Below are positions 9,479 through 18,547 of a stretch of DNA of 47,242 bases, piece after piece. The stretch is taken from assembly GCA_943788985.1 (NCBI GenBank), contig CALSSJ010000033.1, positions 1 to 47,242 of the forward strand. Direction: 5' to 3'. A model generated the notes under the pieces. It searched no databases. It saw nothing but the letters and a program-made list of their open reading frames with translations, and was not told where the DNA came from. Position 1 is the stretch's first letter. Each line of letters starts with the position of its first letter. The translations under genes and the position numbers were made by a program. Source of the DNA: an uncultured Lentisphaerales bacterium (lineage in GTDB: Bacteria; Verrucomicrobiota; Lentisphaeria; JABSQK01; UBA12247).

Positions 9479-10254
9479 ACGACGTCTTCGAAACACACTT
9501 TCACCTCTATCCGGATGACGACTTGCCGGCAATTCTAGCTCGGGCCACGGACGCTGGCGTCAGCCGCTTGTTAGTGGCGGGGACCAAAGCGGAGACTATG
9601 GCTTGGCTGGTAGAGAAGACTGCGGAGTTCGCAGGGCTATACGCGGCTGTGGGCATTCACCCGCACGATGCCGCTAGCTTCGACGGCGATCTGGCACCTT
9701 ATCGCAACTGGCTGCAGCAGCCACACATTCCCGCGGTGGGTGAGATCGGCATGGACTATCACTATGATTACGGCCCACGGGATGATCAGGTGCGGACCTT
9801 CGAGGCCTTTCTGTCGCTGGCGCAGGAGACCCAGAAACCCAGCATCGTGCATTGTCGCGAGGCAGAGCAGGATTGCTTTGACCGGATGAAGGAGATTTTA
9901 CAGGGGCAACGCTTTGTGGTGCATTGCTACACGGGCAATCGGGAGTGGGCGTACCGCTTTCTCGACATCGGCGGCTATTTGTCCTTCACTGGCATCATCA
10001 CCTTCAAGCGATCGCAGGAGTTGCGTGATCTGGTCGCGGATCTGCCAGCGGATCGGATATTTTTTGAGACCGACTCACCCTATTTGGCTCCGATTCCGCA
10101 CCGGGGCAAGCGTAACGAGCCGGCCTATGTGCCGCTGGTAGTGGCCTGTGCCGCAGAAGCGCGGGGTGTTTCGCCAGAAGATCTGAATGAGCAGGCGACC
10201 GCGAATGCGCTGAGATTTTTCGGGATTGACCCGGCTGCTGCAGTCGCGGGATGA
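9475..10254 (+). CDS. tatD: TatD family deoxyribonuclease (YcfH-like)
   Basis: [58 protein letters not shown]. Confidence 0.95.
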   Translation: MNDVFETHFHLYPDDDLPAILARATDAGVSRLLVAGTKAETMAWLVEKTAEFAGLYAAVGIHPHDAASFDGDLAPYRNWLQQPHIPAVGEIGMDYHYDYGPRDDQVRTFEAFLSLAQETQKPSIVHCREAEQDCFDRMKEILQGQRFVVHCYTGNREWAYRFLDIGGYLSFTGIITFKRSQELRDLVADLPADRIFFETDSPYLAPIPHRGKRNEPAYVPLVVACAAEARGVSPEDLNEQATANALRFFGIDPAAAVAG

Positions 10255-11003
10255 AACCCTGGCGGGCACTGACGCGGCAGTTGCTGGACACGCACTGCCA
10301 TGTCTTTGACTATCAGGATCCGGAAGCCGTGTTGGCTGCGGTGTGTGCGGCTGACATGCGTGTGCACGTCATGTCCCAGTCGACTGCGGAGTTCGCAACC
10401 AATGCCGAGCACTGCGATGGTGTACGTGTGCGCCCCGCGCTCGGGCTGTTTCCCACTCTGGTCACGCCTGACACTGTGGAGACCCTAGTTGCGGAGTTTG
10501 CAGCGGCGCTTCCCAGGACGCGGTTGGTAGGCGAGGTTGGCCTGGACTTCGTGACCGACGACCCGGCGTTGCGGAGTTCGCAAATCTTGGCATTTCGCGA
10601 GGTGTTAGCGCTGTGCGATGGTGCTGGGGGCAAGGTGCTGAGCGTGCATTCCCGCCGATCCGCGGCTGAAGCTATCGAGGTGGTGCAGGCTGCTACCAGT
10701 CCGGTGATTCTTCATTGGTTCAGTGGAACTGTAGAGCAGGTGCTGCGGGCTGGCACTTGGTTCTCGGTAAACGCGGCGATGCTGCGGTCTCGAAAGGGGC
10801 GGGAGCGAGTCGCAGCGATGCCACGGGAGCGCGTGTTGCTGGAGACGGATGGTCCGTATGTAACCGTCGGGGGGCGTCCCGGCCAGCCGTTGGACTTGCG
10901 GCATGTGGCGGAAGGCCTGGCCCGGTTGTGGGAAGTGTCGCTGGCGGACGCTGTTGAGCGGCTGGCGGAGAACGGGCGCGAGTTGTTTAGTGCTCAGTCG
11001 TAG
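10251..11003 (+). CDS. TatD family nuclease, QatD-like subfamily
   Basis: DTHCH, ALGLFP, VGEVGLDF, LSVHSRRS, ILHWFSG, WFSVNAAMLRSRKG, ETDGPY; ATGA-coupled to tatD. Confidence 0.85.
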   Translation: MKPWRALTRQLLDTHCHVFDYQDPEAVLAAVCAADMRVHVMSQSTAEFATNAEHCDGVRVRPALGLFPTLVTPDTVETLVAEFAAALPRTRLVGEVGLDFVTDDPALRSSQILAFREVLALCDGAGGKVLSVHSRRSAAEAIEVVQAATSPVILHWFSGTVEQVLRAGTWFSVNAAMLRSRKGRERVAAMPRERVLLETDGPYVTVGGRPGQPLDLRHVAEGLARLWEVSLADAVERLAENGRELFSAQS

Positions 11004-11665
11004 AGTCGGCTCGCCAGGATGGCAGTGGTGCGTGGGCGCTCAGTATGCTCGAGAAAGCTGCGCAGACGGGGCAGGTCGTCGACTGTGTCGATGTCAAAGG
11101 TGTGAGGCAGTACGGCGCTCGTGTGTGTGGCTGCGGCTTGCGTAGCAGCCCAGACCTGTTTGCCCCCCCAAGGAATGTTTCGGAAGAGTTCCGGGGCGGG
11201 TTGGTTCAGGCCTACAAGTACGTAGCCGCCGTCGTCGGCAGGCTGAAAGACCGATGGTGCGTCAGCGAGGCTGTCGAGAGCTTGCTCTAGTAGCTCGGCT
11301 GAAATGGTGATGCAATCGCTGCCAATGACGATCATTCGCGCGCTGTCGGTCAGGCCGGTAGCAAAGGCATGAATCAGGCGATCGCCCAAGTCGTCGCCCT
11401 GCTGGGTACGAAAGATGTCCGGCCTGACGGTGCCCGGGAAATCGTCGGGGCTGAAGCCAGGCGGATACCACAGTTCGACTTGGACGGTCGGACGCCTTGC
11501 CTGCAGGGCCTGGCATTGAGCCAGCAAGTCTGCGAGCATGGCCGCGGAAAGGTCCGCGGCGGCCTGGTCACCGACATCGGCGGCCAGCCGTGACTTGGTC
11601 TGGCCGACGATGGGGGGCTTTGCGAACAGCGCAATGCGCTCGATTGCGCTGCTCGCCACAAGCAC
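10994..11665 (-). CDS. DUF2064 / TIGR04282-family glycosyltransferase-like protein
   Basis: FAKPPIVGQTKSRLA, QQGDDLGDRL, IGSDC, PADDGGYVLVG, F.NIPWG, DIDTVDDL. Confidence 0.88.
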   Translation of the reverse strand: MLVASSAIERIALFAKPPIVGQTKSRLAADVGDQAAADLSAAMLADLLAQCQALQARRPTVQVELWYPPGFSPDDFPGTVRPDIFRTQQGDDLGDRLIHAFATGLTDSARMIVIGSDCITISAELLEQALDSLADAPSVFQPADDGGYVLVGLNQPAPELFRNIPWGGKQVWAATQAAATHTSAVLPHTFDIDTVDDLPRLRSFLEHTERPRTTAILASRLYD

Positions 11666-11669
11666 TTCC

Positions 11670-13913
11670 TTAGCCGAGGCTTTTGACAGCCTTGATCAAG
11701 GTTTCGGTGGTGATGCCGAAGTGATCCCAGAGCTCGTAGTGGCCTTCTGCCGGTGCGATGCGCGGGTCGACGATGCCGACGTGATCAGTCGGGGTATCGG
11801 ATGGGACCGACGCCACGATGTTGGCAAAACCACGGAGCCCGGAGGCTGCGTTTCCGATCAAGCCGTCTTCAACGGTAACAACACCGGCTGGATAGCGCTC
11901 CATGAGTGCTTCGAGCTGGCCTTCGTCGAAGGGCAGGGCATTGACGACGTGAACGTCTACTGGGATGCCGCTGGCCGAGAGGGTCTCACTAGCCTCGACG
12001 GCAATGGCAGCGGGGGCACCAAAGGCGAGAATGGCGAGTCCGGCTTCCTCGCTCTCGCGAACGGCGGTGACGGTCTCGAAGGCGTCGTTTGCTCCCCAAA
12101 CGGCGGTACCATCGCTTTTGGCGAGCGTGGGCAGGTTGTCGCGGGGGATACCGATGATGTGGGCGCCGTAGCAGGCGGCCATGTCGCGGATGGCAATGAA
12201 TGCCGAGGCTGAATCACAGGGTGCGTAGAAGCGATGCAGATAGGGCAAGTAGCCGATGGCCAGGTTGACCCAGTCGAGGGACCAGCCGCTGAAGTGGTCG
12301 CGGCCGGTGCAGGAACCGACATGCGAGAGATGCATGACGGAGTTGAGGCCTTCGTTGATACCATTGAGGTTGCGCTGATAGCGCCACATCTCGAAGGCTT
12401 CACGGGCGATGCCTTCGTAAAAGGCTGCGAAGGTGGAAACCACATTCAGCTGCGGGCGGTCTGAGGCGACAGCAAGACCATTGACCATGATGGCGCTGAC
12501 TTGCTCCTCGATACTCATCTCGTACTGATGGTTTTCGGCGAGAAAGCTGCGGGCCTTGGCGAGCTTGGTGGATGGGTCGAGATCGCACGAGACGACGAAG
12601 ACGTTATCCGGGTGGGCCTTGGCTACGGCAGCATAGGCCGCTTCGACACCAACGCGGGCACTCTTAACCGCGCCGACAGCAGGAAGGGCTGCGCCTGCTT
12701 CGGCTGCCTGCGCCTCGGTCAGCAGCAGATTGGGAGAGCCTGGGGCAGGACGTGCTTTGGTGGTGATCCGAGCTGGTATTGCTGCCTGAAGGTTTTCGAG
12801 CGCAGAGCGTTGCGCGTCGTTCCAGCTCATCATGGCGGTGTTGAGCACGACGTTGGCGTCGCGGCCCTTCATGCTGCCGTCATGGTGGGTCTCGCCGCCC
12901 TCGAGGTTGTTGACCGCGAAGATGCACTCAAGCATGGGAATGACATCACGGTGGCTCATCAGCGCGCCTGGCAGCCAGACTTCGGTGTCTAGGGAGACGC
13001 TGTGCTCGCCAGCGAATGCTGCGAGCTCAGCGGTGATGCCGTTATCTGTGCCAAACTGGCTGAGGGTTGATTTGGTGCCGGTCGGGTAAATGAGGGTCGG
13101 GCGGCCACTCCGCGCGGCTTCGCGTGCTTGGCGGAGAGCTGCGTAGTAGCCATGTGGCTCATGCAGGGATTCGCACTCGATGATCTCTACACCCATGGCG
13201 GCGATCATTGGCCGCGGATCTTTGTCCAGGATGGACGCGTTGGTGCCGGAGAGCTGGATGCCGTTCCGATGCATGATGAAGGTGACAGGGGCGTTATGGA
13301 GGTCTGCGCCGTTGAAGCCGTTTAATGCCTGGCCAGAGATCCAGCCAGCATCGCCTACGTGACAGAGCACCCAAGCGTCGTCGCCGTGGATGGCGCGTTT
13401 GCCGACGGCTTCGCCTACGGCTGCGGGGATCATGACGCCGAGACGGCCGCCGTTCAGCTGCGTGCCACCGGGGACCCAGGAGACATGGCCAGCAATGTCG
13501 ATGCCTTGGCGAAATTCGTTGACGACTGCTTCTTCATCGAGAAAGCCGCGAGCTGCAAGCATGCTGTAGTAGCCGATGCTGGTGTGCGCGTGCTCGATGG
13601 TGAAGGAAACCTTCTCGTAGTCCACCAAGGCAAGCGTAAGATTCAGCGCCGAGATCAGGTCGAGGCCACCGCCGAGATGGTCGACTTCGCCAAGCTTGCC
13701 GAGTTCCACGAGCGATTTGATCGCGGTGCGTGCTGCGAGGATGTCCAATGCCTGGAGTTCATTTACCTGATCAGCTGAGAGAGTTGGCTTGTTGATGTCG
13801 ATGGACAGGGGCACAGTCGACGAGGTGACCTCGTCCCGCATGTAGCGGCTGTTCTCAAGAAGCGTCGTGTTGCGGGCCTGTTGGGCGTCCCATTGGGTGG
13901 CGAAGGTGCTCAT
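11670..13913 (-). CDS. transketolase-like ThDP-dependent enzyme (divergent, single chain)
   Basis: HLGGGL, EHAHTS.GYY, AGH, GDAG...HRNGIQLSG (ThDP motif variant), SCDLDPST, SIEEQ, STFAAF, and C-terminal VVTVEDG...L.DHFGIT. Confidence 0.8.
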   Translation of the reverse strand: MSTFATQWDAQQARNTTLLENSRYMRDEVTSSTVPLSIDINKPTLSADQVNELQALDILAARTAIKSLVELGKLGEVDHLGGGLDLISALNLTLALVDYEKVSFTIEHAHTSIGYYSMLAARGFLDEEAVVNEFRQGIDIAGHVSWVPGGTQLNGGRLGVMIPAAVGEAVGKRAIHGDDAWVLCHVGDAGWISGQALNGFNGADLHNAPVTFIMHRNGIQLSGTNASILDKDPRPMIAAMGVEIIECESLHEPHGYYAALRQAREAARSGRPTLIYPTGTKSTLSQFGTDNGITAELAAFAGEHSVSLDTEVWLPGALMSHRDVIPMLECIFAVNNLEGGETHHDGSMKGRDANVVLNTAMMSWNDAQRSALENLQAAIPARITTKARPAPGSPNLLLTEAQAAEAGAALPAVGAVKSARVGVEAAYAAVAKAHPDNVFVVSCDLDPSTKLAKARSFLAENHQYEMSIEEQVSAIMVNGLAVASDRPQLNVVSTFAAFYEGIAREAFEMWRYQRNLNGINEGLNSVMHLSHVGSCTGRDHFSGWSLDWVNLAIGYLPYLHRFYAPCDSASAFIAIRDMAACYGAHIIGIPRDNLPTLAKSDGTAVWGANDAFETVTAVRESEEAGLAILAFGAPAAIAVEASETLSASGIPVDVHVVNALPFDEGQLEALMERYPAGVVTVEDGLIGNAASGLRGFANIVASVPSDTPTDHVGIVDPRIAPAEGHYELWDHFGITTETLIKAVKSLG

Positions 13914-13956
13914 GTGGTGCCTCTTATGGAAGGGAGAGAAGAAATTGAAGGCGTGT

Positions 13957-13984
13957 AGTTTACGGGAGTCGCGCCAGAAATCAA
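13957..13984 (-). promoter_or_regulatory. putative sigma70 promoter (TTGATT-16-TAAACT) of the transketolase-like gene
   Basis: Hexamers in the 13914-14015 intergenic region, with an AGAGG RBS before ATG 13913. Confidence 0.35.
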
Positions 13985-14015
13985 TTCTACGAGAGTGATT
14001 CAGGGAGGTCTGGTG

Positions 14016-14978
14016 CTACTTGCTCGGCCAGATTCCGACCTCCTTATAGTACCGAATCGCTCCAGCGTGGAATGGTGTGCCGGTGTCGCGCACGACGTTT
14101 GCGGGGTTGATCGCGCGTCCTGCCGGGTGCCGGGCGACGACTTGCTCCGCGTTCTCGTAGATGCGCTTTGTGAACTGGTAGACAACTTCTTCGTCCATCG
14201 AATCTGCGGTCACGAGGTGCATGTTGCCGACATTCAAGCCAGCATATGCTTCGGTTTGGCCTTTGTAGGTGCCCGCCGGAATTTCCTTGTGGGTGAAGAA
14301 GCTGTAGTTCTGGACGAGCTTTTCGCGCGCCTTGGCCGTGAATGGGATGAAGTGGATTTCGCGGGTGGCGCAGGCCTGGACGATGGAGGCGGTCGGTACG
14401 GCACCTCCCAGAAATGCGGCGTCCGCAGATCCGTCAGCCAACAGAGCGACTGCGCCCTGCTGTGACTGATGCAGAGGTGTGAAGTCCTGGTATGACAGGC
14501 CGTGCGCTGTTAGGATAGGGGCGATAAAATGCTCGAACCCTGCGCCATTTGGACCTACCACGACGCGCTTGCCCTTGAGGTCTGCAATCGTCTTGATCCC
14601 TGAATCTGCAGGCGTGACGAACAGCGCCACGTTTGGGGCAAGTGTCATCACGGAACGGACCGAGTGCGGCGTCTTCCAGATGCCTTCACCACGCACTGCG
14701 AAGTAGCTGATGGCCGCGTTGGCCAGAGCAAACTGCAGGTCTCCTTGCTGCAGGCGTCGGATGTTTTCCTGGGTGCCTTTGGTGCCTTGGGCGGAAACTT
14801 GCCAGCTCAGTTCGGCGGCATTGCTCTGCGCGACCTCGGCGATGGCACTGCCGACCACGAAGAACGCGCCGCCTGGAGGCGCGGTGCCGACAGTTAAAAA
14901 CACGCGCTCAGACGCATTCTCCGAAGAGCCGCAGCCGACGAGAAAAAGAAGAACTGCCAACCATGCTGAATTGCGCAT
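14016..14978 (-). CDS. TAXI family TRAP transporter solute receptor (lipoprotein)
   Basis: Lipobox LLFLVGC, VGTAPPGGAFF, TKGTQENI, ADLKGKRV, PFHAGAIRYYKEVG. The start overlaps the cysS stop (TAATG). Confidence 0.93.
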   Translation of the reverse strand: MRNSAWLAVLLFLVGCGSSENASERVFLTVGTAPPGGAFFVVGSAIAEVAQSNAAELSWQVSAQGTKGTQENIRRLQQGDLQFALANAAISYFAVRGEGIWKTPHSVRSVMTLAPNVALFVTPADSGIKTIADLKGKRVVVGPNGAGFEHFIAPILTAHGLSYQDFTPLHQSQQGAVALLADGSADAAFLGGAVPTASIVQACATREIHFIPFTAKAREKLVQNYSFFTHKEIPAGTYKGQTEAYAGLNVGNMHLVTADSMDEEVVYQFTKRIYENAEQVVARHPAGRAINPANVVRDTGTPFHAGAIRYYKEVGIWPSK

Positions 14979-16463
14979 TACGCTTGCTCCTTTGTACATT
15001 TCCAAACTGGCCCATCCGGCCGATCTTCCACGACCACGCCGCAGGCCGCGAGACCATCGCGGACGGCGTCTGCGGTACCCCAATCCTTGCGCTCTCTGGC
15101 TGAGGCGCGCAGCTCGAGCACAAGGCGCATCAAGCCGTCTGCGAGGTCCGCACCGCCCGCAGAATCTGCTTGCGTGTCTTCGCTCAGGATCCCGAGGATA
15201 TCACCGGCAAGCTCTTCGTAAAGAGCCAGCACGGCTGCAGCCGCTGAGCCGCCGAGGGCCCCCTTGCTCAGGGCGCTGTTCACGGTGCGAGTGAGGTCGA
15301 ACAGGTGGCTGATCGCAACGGGCCGTATTGAAGTCATCGTTCATCGCTTCCAGAAAGGCCGCGCGCTTTTTGGTCGCAATGGCCTGCACGCTTTCGCTGT
15401 CGGCATTTGCCTCTTTCGTGCGTTTGCGGAGCTCGCAAAGCGCGGTCTGTAAGCGGTTGAGCCCGGCTTCGGCGGCCTGAAGCTGTTGATCACTGAAGTC
15501 GGTCACGGAGCGGTAGTGGCTCTTCATGATGTAGTAGCGGATCACTGCCCCGGAATAGGCCTTGGAAAGCAAGGGATGATCTCCGATCATGGCAGCTTTG
15601 AGGCCGATGGCGTTGCCGAGCGACTTGCCCATTTTTTGGCCGTCTACCGTGACCATATTGTTGTGGAGCCAGTAGCGGGCAAATTGTGTACCGCAGCAGG
15701 CTTCGCTCTGGGCAATCTCACATTCGTGATGGGGAAACATGTTTTCGAGTCCGCCGCCGTGAATGTCGAAGGGCTGGCCGAGGTATTTAGTAGACATCAC
15801 GGAGCATTCGAGGTGCCAGCCGGGATAGCCCTTGCCCCATGGGCTGTTCCATTGCATGAGATGTTCTGGCTCGGCGCGTTTCCATAAGGCAAAGTCGCCG
15901 GGGTGCTGCTTCTCAACGATGGCATCGACGCGAACGGCATCAAGGAGGTCTTCGATGCGGCGGCCGGACAGCTTGCCGTACTGCTCGAACCTTCTTACAT
16001 CAAAATATACCGAGCCGTTCCGCTCATAGGCAAAGCCGTCGGCGATCAACTTTTGCGTGAGTTCGATCTGCTCGGGGATGTGCCCGGAGGCGCGCGGCGA
16101 AATGTCCGGGCGCAGCACATTGAGGGCGTCCATGTCTTCAAAATAGCTGCGGGTGTATTCCTCGACCACCTGCATGGGATCCGTCTTCTCCAGGCGAGCC
16201 TGGCGGGCAATCTTGTCTTCGCCAGCGTCCGCGTCGTCGGTGAGATGACCGACGTCGGTAATGTTCTGGACGTAACGGACGGTGAGGCCCTGATGGCGTA
16301 GGTAGCGAACCATCAGATCAAAGGAGACGTAGCTCTTCGCGTGTCCGATGTGCGAGTGGCCATAGACCGTGGGACCGCAGACGTACATGCCCACGCGGCC
16401 GGGATGGACCGGGGTAAAGGGTTCTTTAGTGCGTGATAGCGTGTTGTATACGTGCAGTGACAT
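14978..16463 (-). CDS. cysS: cysteine--tRNA ligase (frameshift near 15320, probably sequencing error)
   Basis: YVCGPTVY, HIGH, DFALWK, GYPGWHLECS, DIHGGG, KMGKS, MNDDFNT; the second frame continues to RERKDWGTADAVRDGL. Confidence 0.96.
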
Positions 16464-16688
16464 CTCAAAATCTCTAACGTGGATTGGCAAGCCCCGTACT
16501 ATGCTGGCTCCCGTGGCTGCGTACAGAATCTAAGATTGCGTCTGACGAGGGCGACTGAAACTTATCCCCGTGCCGTGCGTAGTTCGCAGCAGATGCGTCT
16601 CGCTGAGGTAGAGAGGCGGCCGTTTCTCTCCCTATTTCGAAAACGGGGAGTGGTTGACTAGATGGTGGTATCGAAGTACGTTTCTGCA

Positions 16689-17272
16689 ATGAGAACTAAA
16701 CGATTTTATAGACCTGAATTGCGCGCCAGCTATTTTTCTATGATAGAGCTGATGTTGGTGCTTGTCGTGGCCTCAATCGTCCTGGGAATCACTATGAGGC
16801 CGAAGCCCGCCCAGGTGGATGTGGGGGTGCAGATGATCAGCCGGCAAATCAGGCTGGCCCAGCAATATGCGATCACGAAGCGGCAAAGGGTCGCGCTGTT
16901 GCTGCCCCAGGCTCAATATGGGAACTGGGCTGGATGAATCCTTGTACACGAATAAATCGTTCGGGCCTGTCTCGTTACCTTTGATGGTACGGATTACAGC
17001 TTCAGCTCGCATATCGCGGGCACCAAATGGGGTTTTTTACCACCCAAGATGAGCCTCTCTTTGGCTGACTCCGGTGATTTCAAAACGTAGAGAATGTTGA
17101 AAATTCAATTGGCGGATTACGTATTCAGCGAATGTGAAGGCAATTGTTTTCGAGCCACGGGGGCTTAGTCAACGGATCTGATGTCACGCTGTCTGTCACA
17201 GCGGATGCAGAAGCAGACAATCATGTAGACTGCACCATCTCTTGGATCTCCGGGAGGGTGAAGATCCAATGA
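16689..17272 (+). CDS. GspH/FimT-like minor pseudopilin, multiply frameshifted
   Basis: ASY|FSMIELMLVLVV, RLAQQYAITKRQRVALLLP, then other frames GTKWGFLP, NVKAIVFEPRG, CTISWISGRVKIQ* ending in an ATGA overlap at 17269-17272. Paralogous to 6297-7010. Confidence 0.7.
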
Positions 17273-17901
17273 CCGGTCGAACTGTCAGGCGGCATTACTT
17301 CAATCTGATCGAAATCACGGTTGCGCTGGCAGTGCTGGTAACCGGCCTAATTAGCGTGATGGGGCTATTCGCGCATGGGATCAGAGCGAATACTAAAGCC
17401 GCGGCCTCAAATGCGGCTGCGGACAACGGCCACCAGTTGCTGAACTTTCTTGCAGCGGGCGCCAGGAATAACTGGGTGTCGGAGCTCAACAGGTTTCAAG
17501 CCACGCCATGCGCCAATATCGCGGGCGGGCAAGGGGTGTTGAATCCGGTGGATTGGGACGCAGACGACTTGGAGGATGTGTCGGGCGTTCAGGACGTAAT
17601 CCCAACACTGTATTTTCGGGACTTTAGCTCACCTTGCTCGGCTAACACAAAGGTATATCGCATTCATGTTGAATCGACCACGGTCAATGGCGGCAGCGTG
17701 ACGGATTTTGATGCGATTGCCCGGGTGTGGAAGCAACCTGTCACCGTGTGGCAATATGATGGAGCCAATTGGGTGGCTGCGGAGGATAGCAGTTACGCCA
17801 GCCGGGTAAATCTAATCGCAGAGCTGAGCTGGCCAGCGATTCTGCCGATGTCGGCTCGGGATCGTCAGATCTTCTCTATGGAGGTGGCTCGTGAAAACTA
17901 G
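17269..17901 (+). CDS. GspI/PilV-like minor pseudopilin
   Basis: RHY|FNLIEITVALAVLVTGLISVMGLF and C-terminal AELSWPA...R..F. Confidence 0.82.
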   Translation: MTGRTVRRHYFNLIEITVALAVLVTGLISVMGLFAHGIRANTKAAASNAAADNGHQLLNFLAAGARNNWVSELNRFQATPCANIAGGQGVLNPVDWDADDLEDVSGVQDVIPTLYFRDFSSPCSANTKVYRIHVESTTVNGGSVTDFDAIARVWKQPVTVWQYDGANWVAAEDSSYASRVNLIAELSWPAILPMSARDRQIFSMEVAREN

Positions 17902-18547
17902 AGCCATCCGCAGGTATTTTTCGATAGTAGAAATGATGGTAGCTCTGAGTGTGCTGGCAGTGATCATCTACTTATCTGGGCAGTTTGTGATTCGGGTCCA
18001 GCGCCTGTGGGAGACCCACCGAGTAAACAGCAATATCTACATGAATGCTCGGGTTCTGCTGGATGTGGTGACGCGGGATTTGCAGGCACTCGCTGTCGAA
18101 GACAAACCCGGTTCGTCGATTTCCTATGGAAACATCGGGATCGGGGACCTGACGTTTGTCGGCGTGACGGCAAGCGGTTTAGGCGTTCAGCCTGATGACA
18201 TCGCGGTGCTCAGCGAGTTTGGTTACGAGCTTGATTCGGACAGCCAAGTCATTCGCTACATGTCCACGAGCGGGGCGGGGCCGAGCGTCGACTGGAATTT
18301 TTATAACAACGCCCCATCCGTGTATGCGGCAACTTGGGCTGATAGTACGGTGCTGGCAGAAGGCGTGTCCGAATTTTCCCTGACGCTTTTCAATTCTTCA
18401 CTTGGCCTCTACACCACGAGCGATACGATAGTGCGACCGCTATGCATTCAGGTGCATGCGACGCTCTATAATTCATTGGCGGTCACGTATGCGATGGAAG
18501 AGAGGACCAGCCGAGAATATACCAAAACAATTTTCCTGCCGCAATGA
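17891..18547 (+). CDS. GspJ/PilW-like minor pseudopilin
   Basis: RRY|FSIVEMMVALSVLAVII, ARVLLDVVTRDLQ, LAEGVSEF, and C-terminal P..IQV...YTKTIFLP. Confidence 0.82.
   Translation: MKTRAIRRYFSIVEMMVALSVLAVIIYLSGQFVIRVQRLWETHRVNSNIYMNARVLLDVVTRDLQALAVEDKPGSSISYGNIGIGDLTFVGVTASGLGVQPDDIAVLSEFGYELDSDSQVIRYMSTSGAGPSVDWNFYNNAPSVYAATWADSTVLAEGVSEFSLTLFNSSLGLYTTSDTIVRPLCIQVHATLYNSLAVTYAMEERTSREYTKTIFLPQ

Noticed and set aside
9475..11003. Complete Qat anti-phage system
   Set aside because: No QatA, QatB or QatC gene is in the window; only a QatD-like TatD is present.
15300..15340. Programmed frameshift or true pseudogene in cysS
   Set aside because: There is no slippery heptamer, the gene is essential, and the same one-base homopolymer pattern recurs across the window, so sequencing error is more parsimonious.
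16610..16652. Two imperfect hairpins upstream of the pseudopilin cassette
   Set aside because: Short and imperfect, with no U-tract and no recognisable riboswitch consensus
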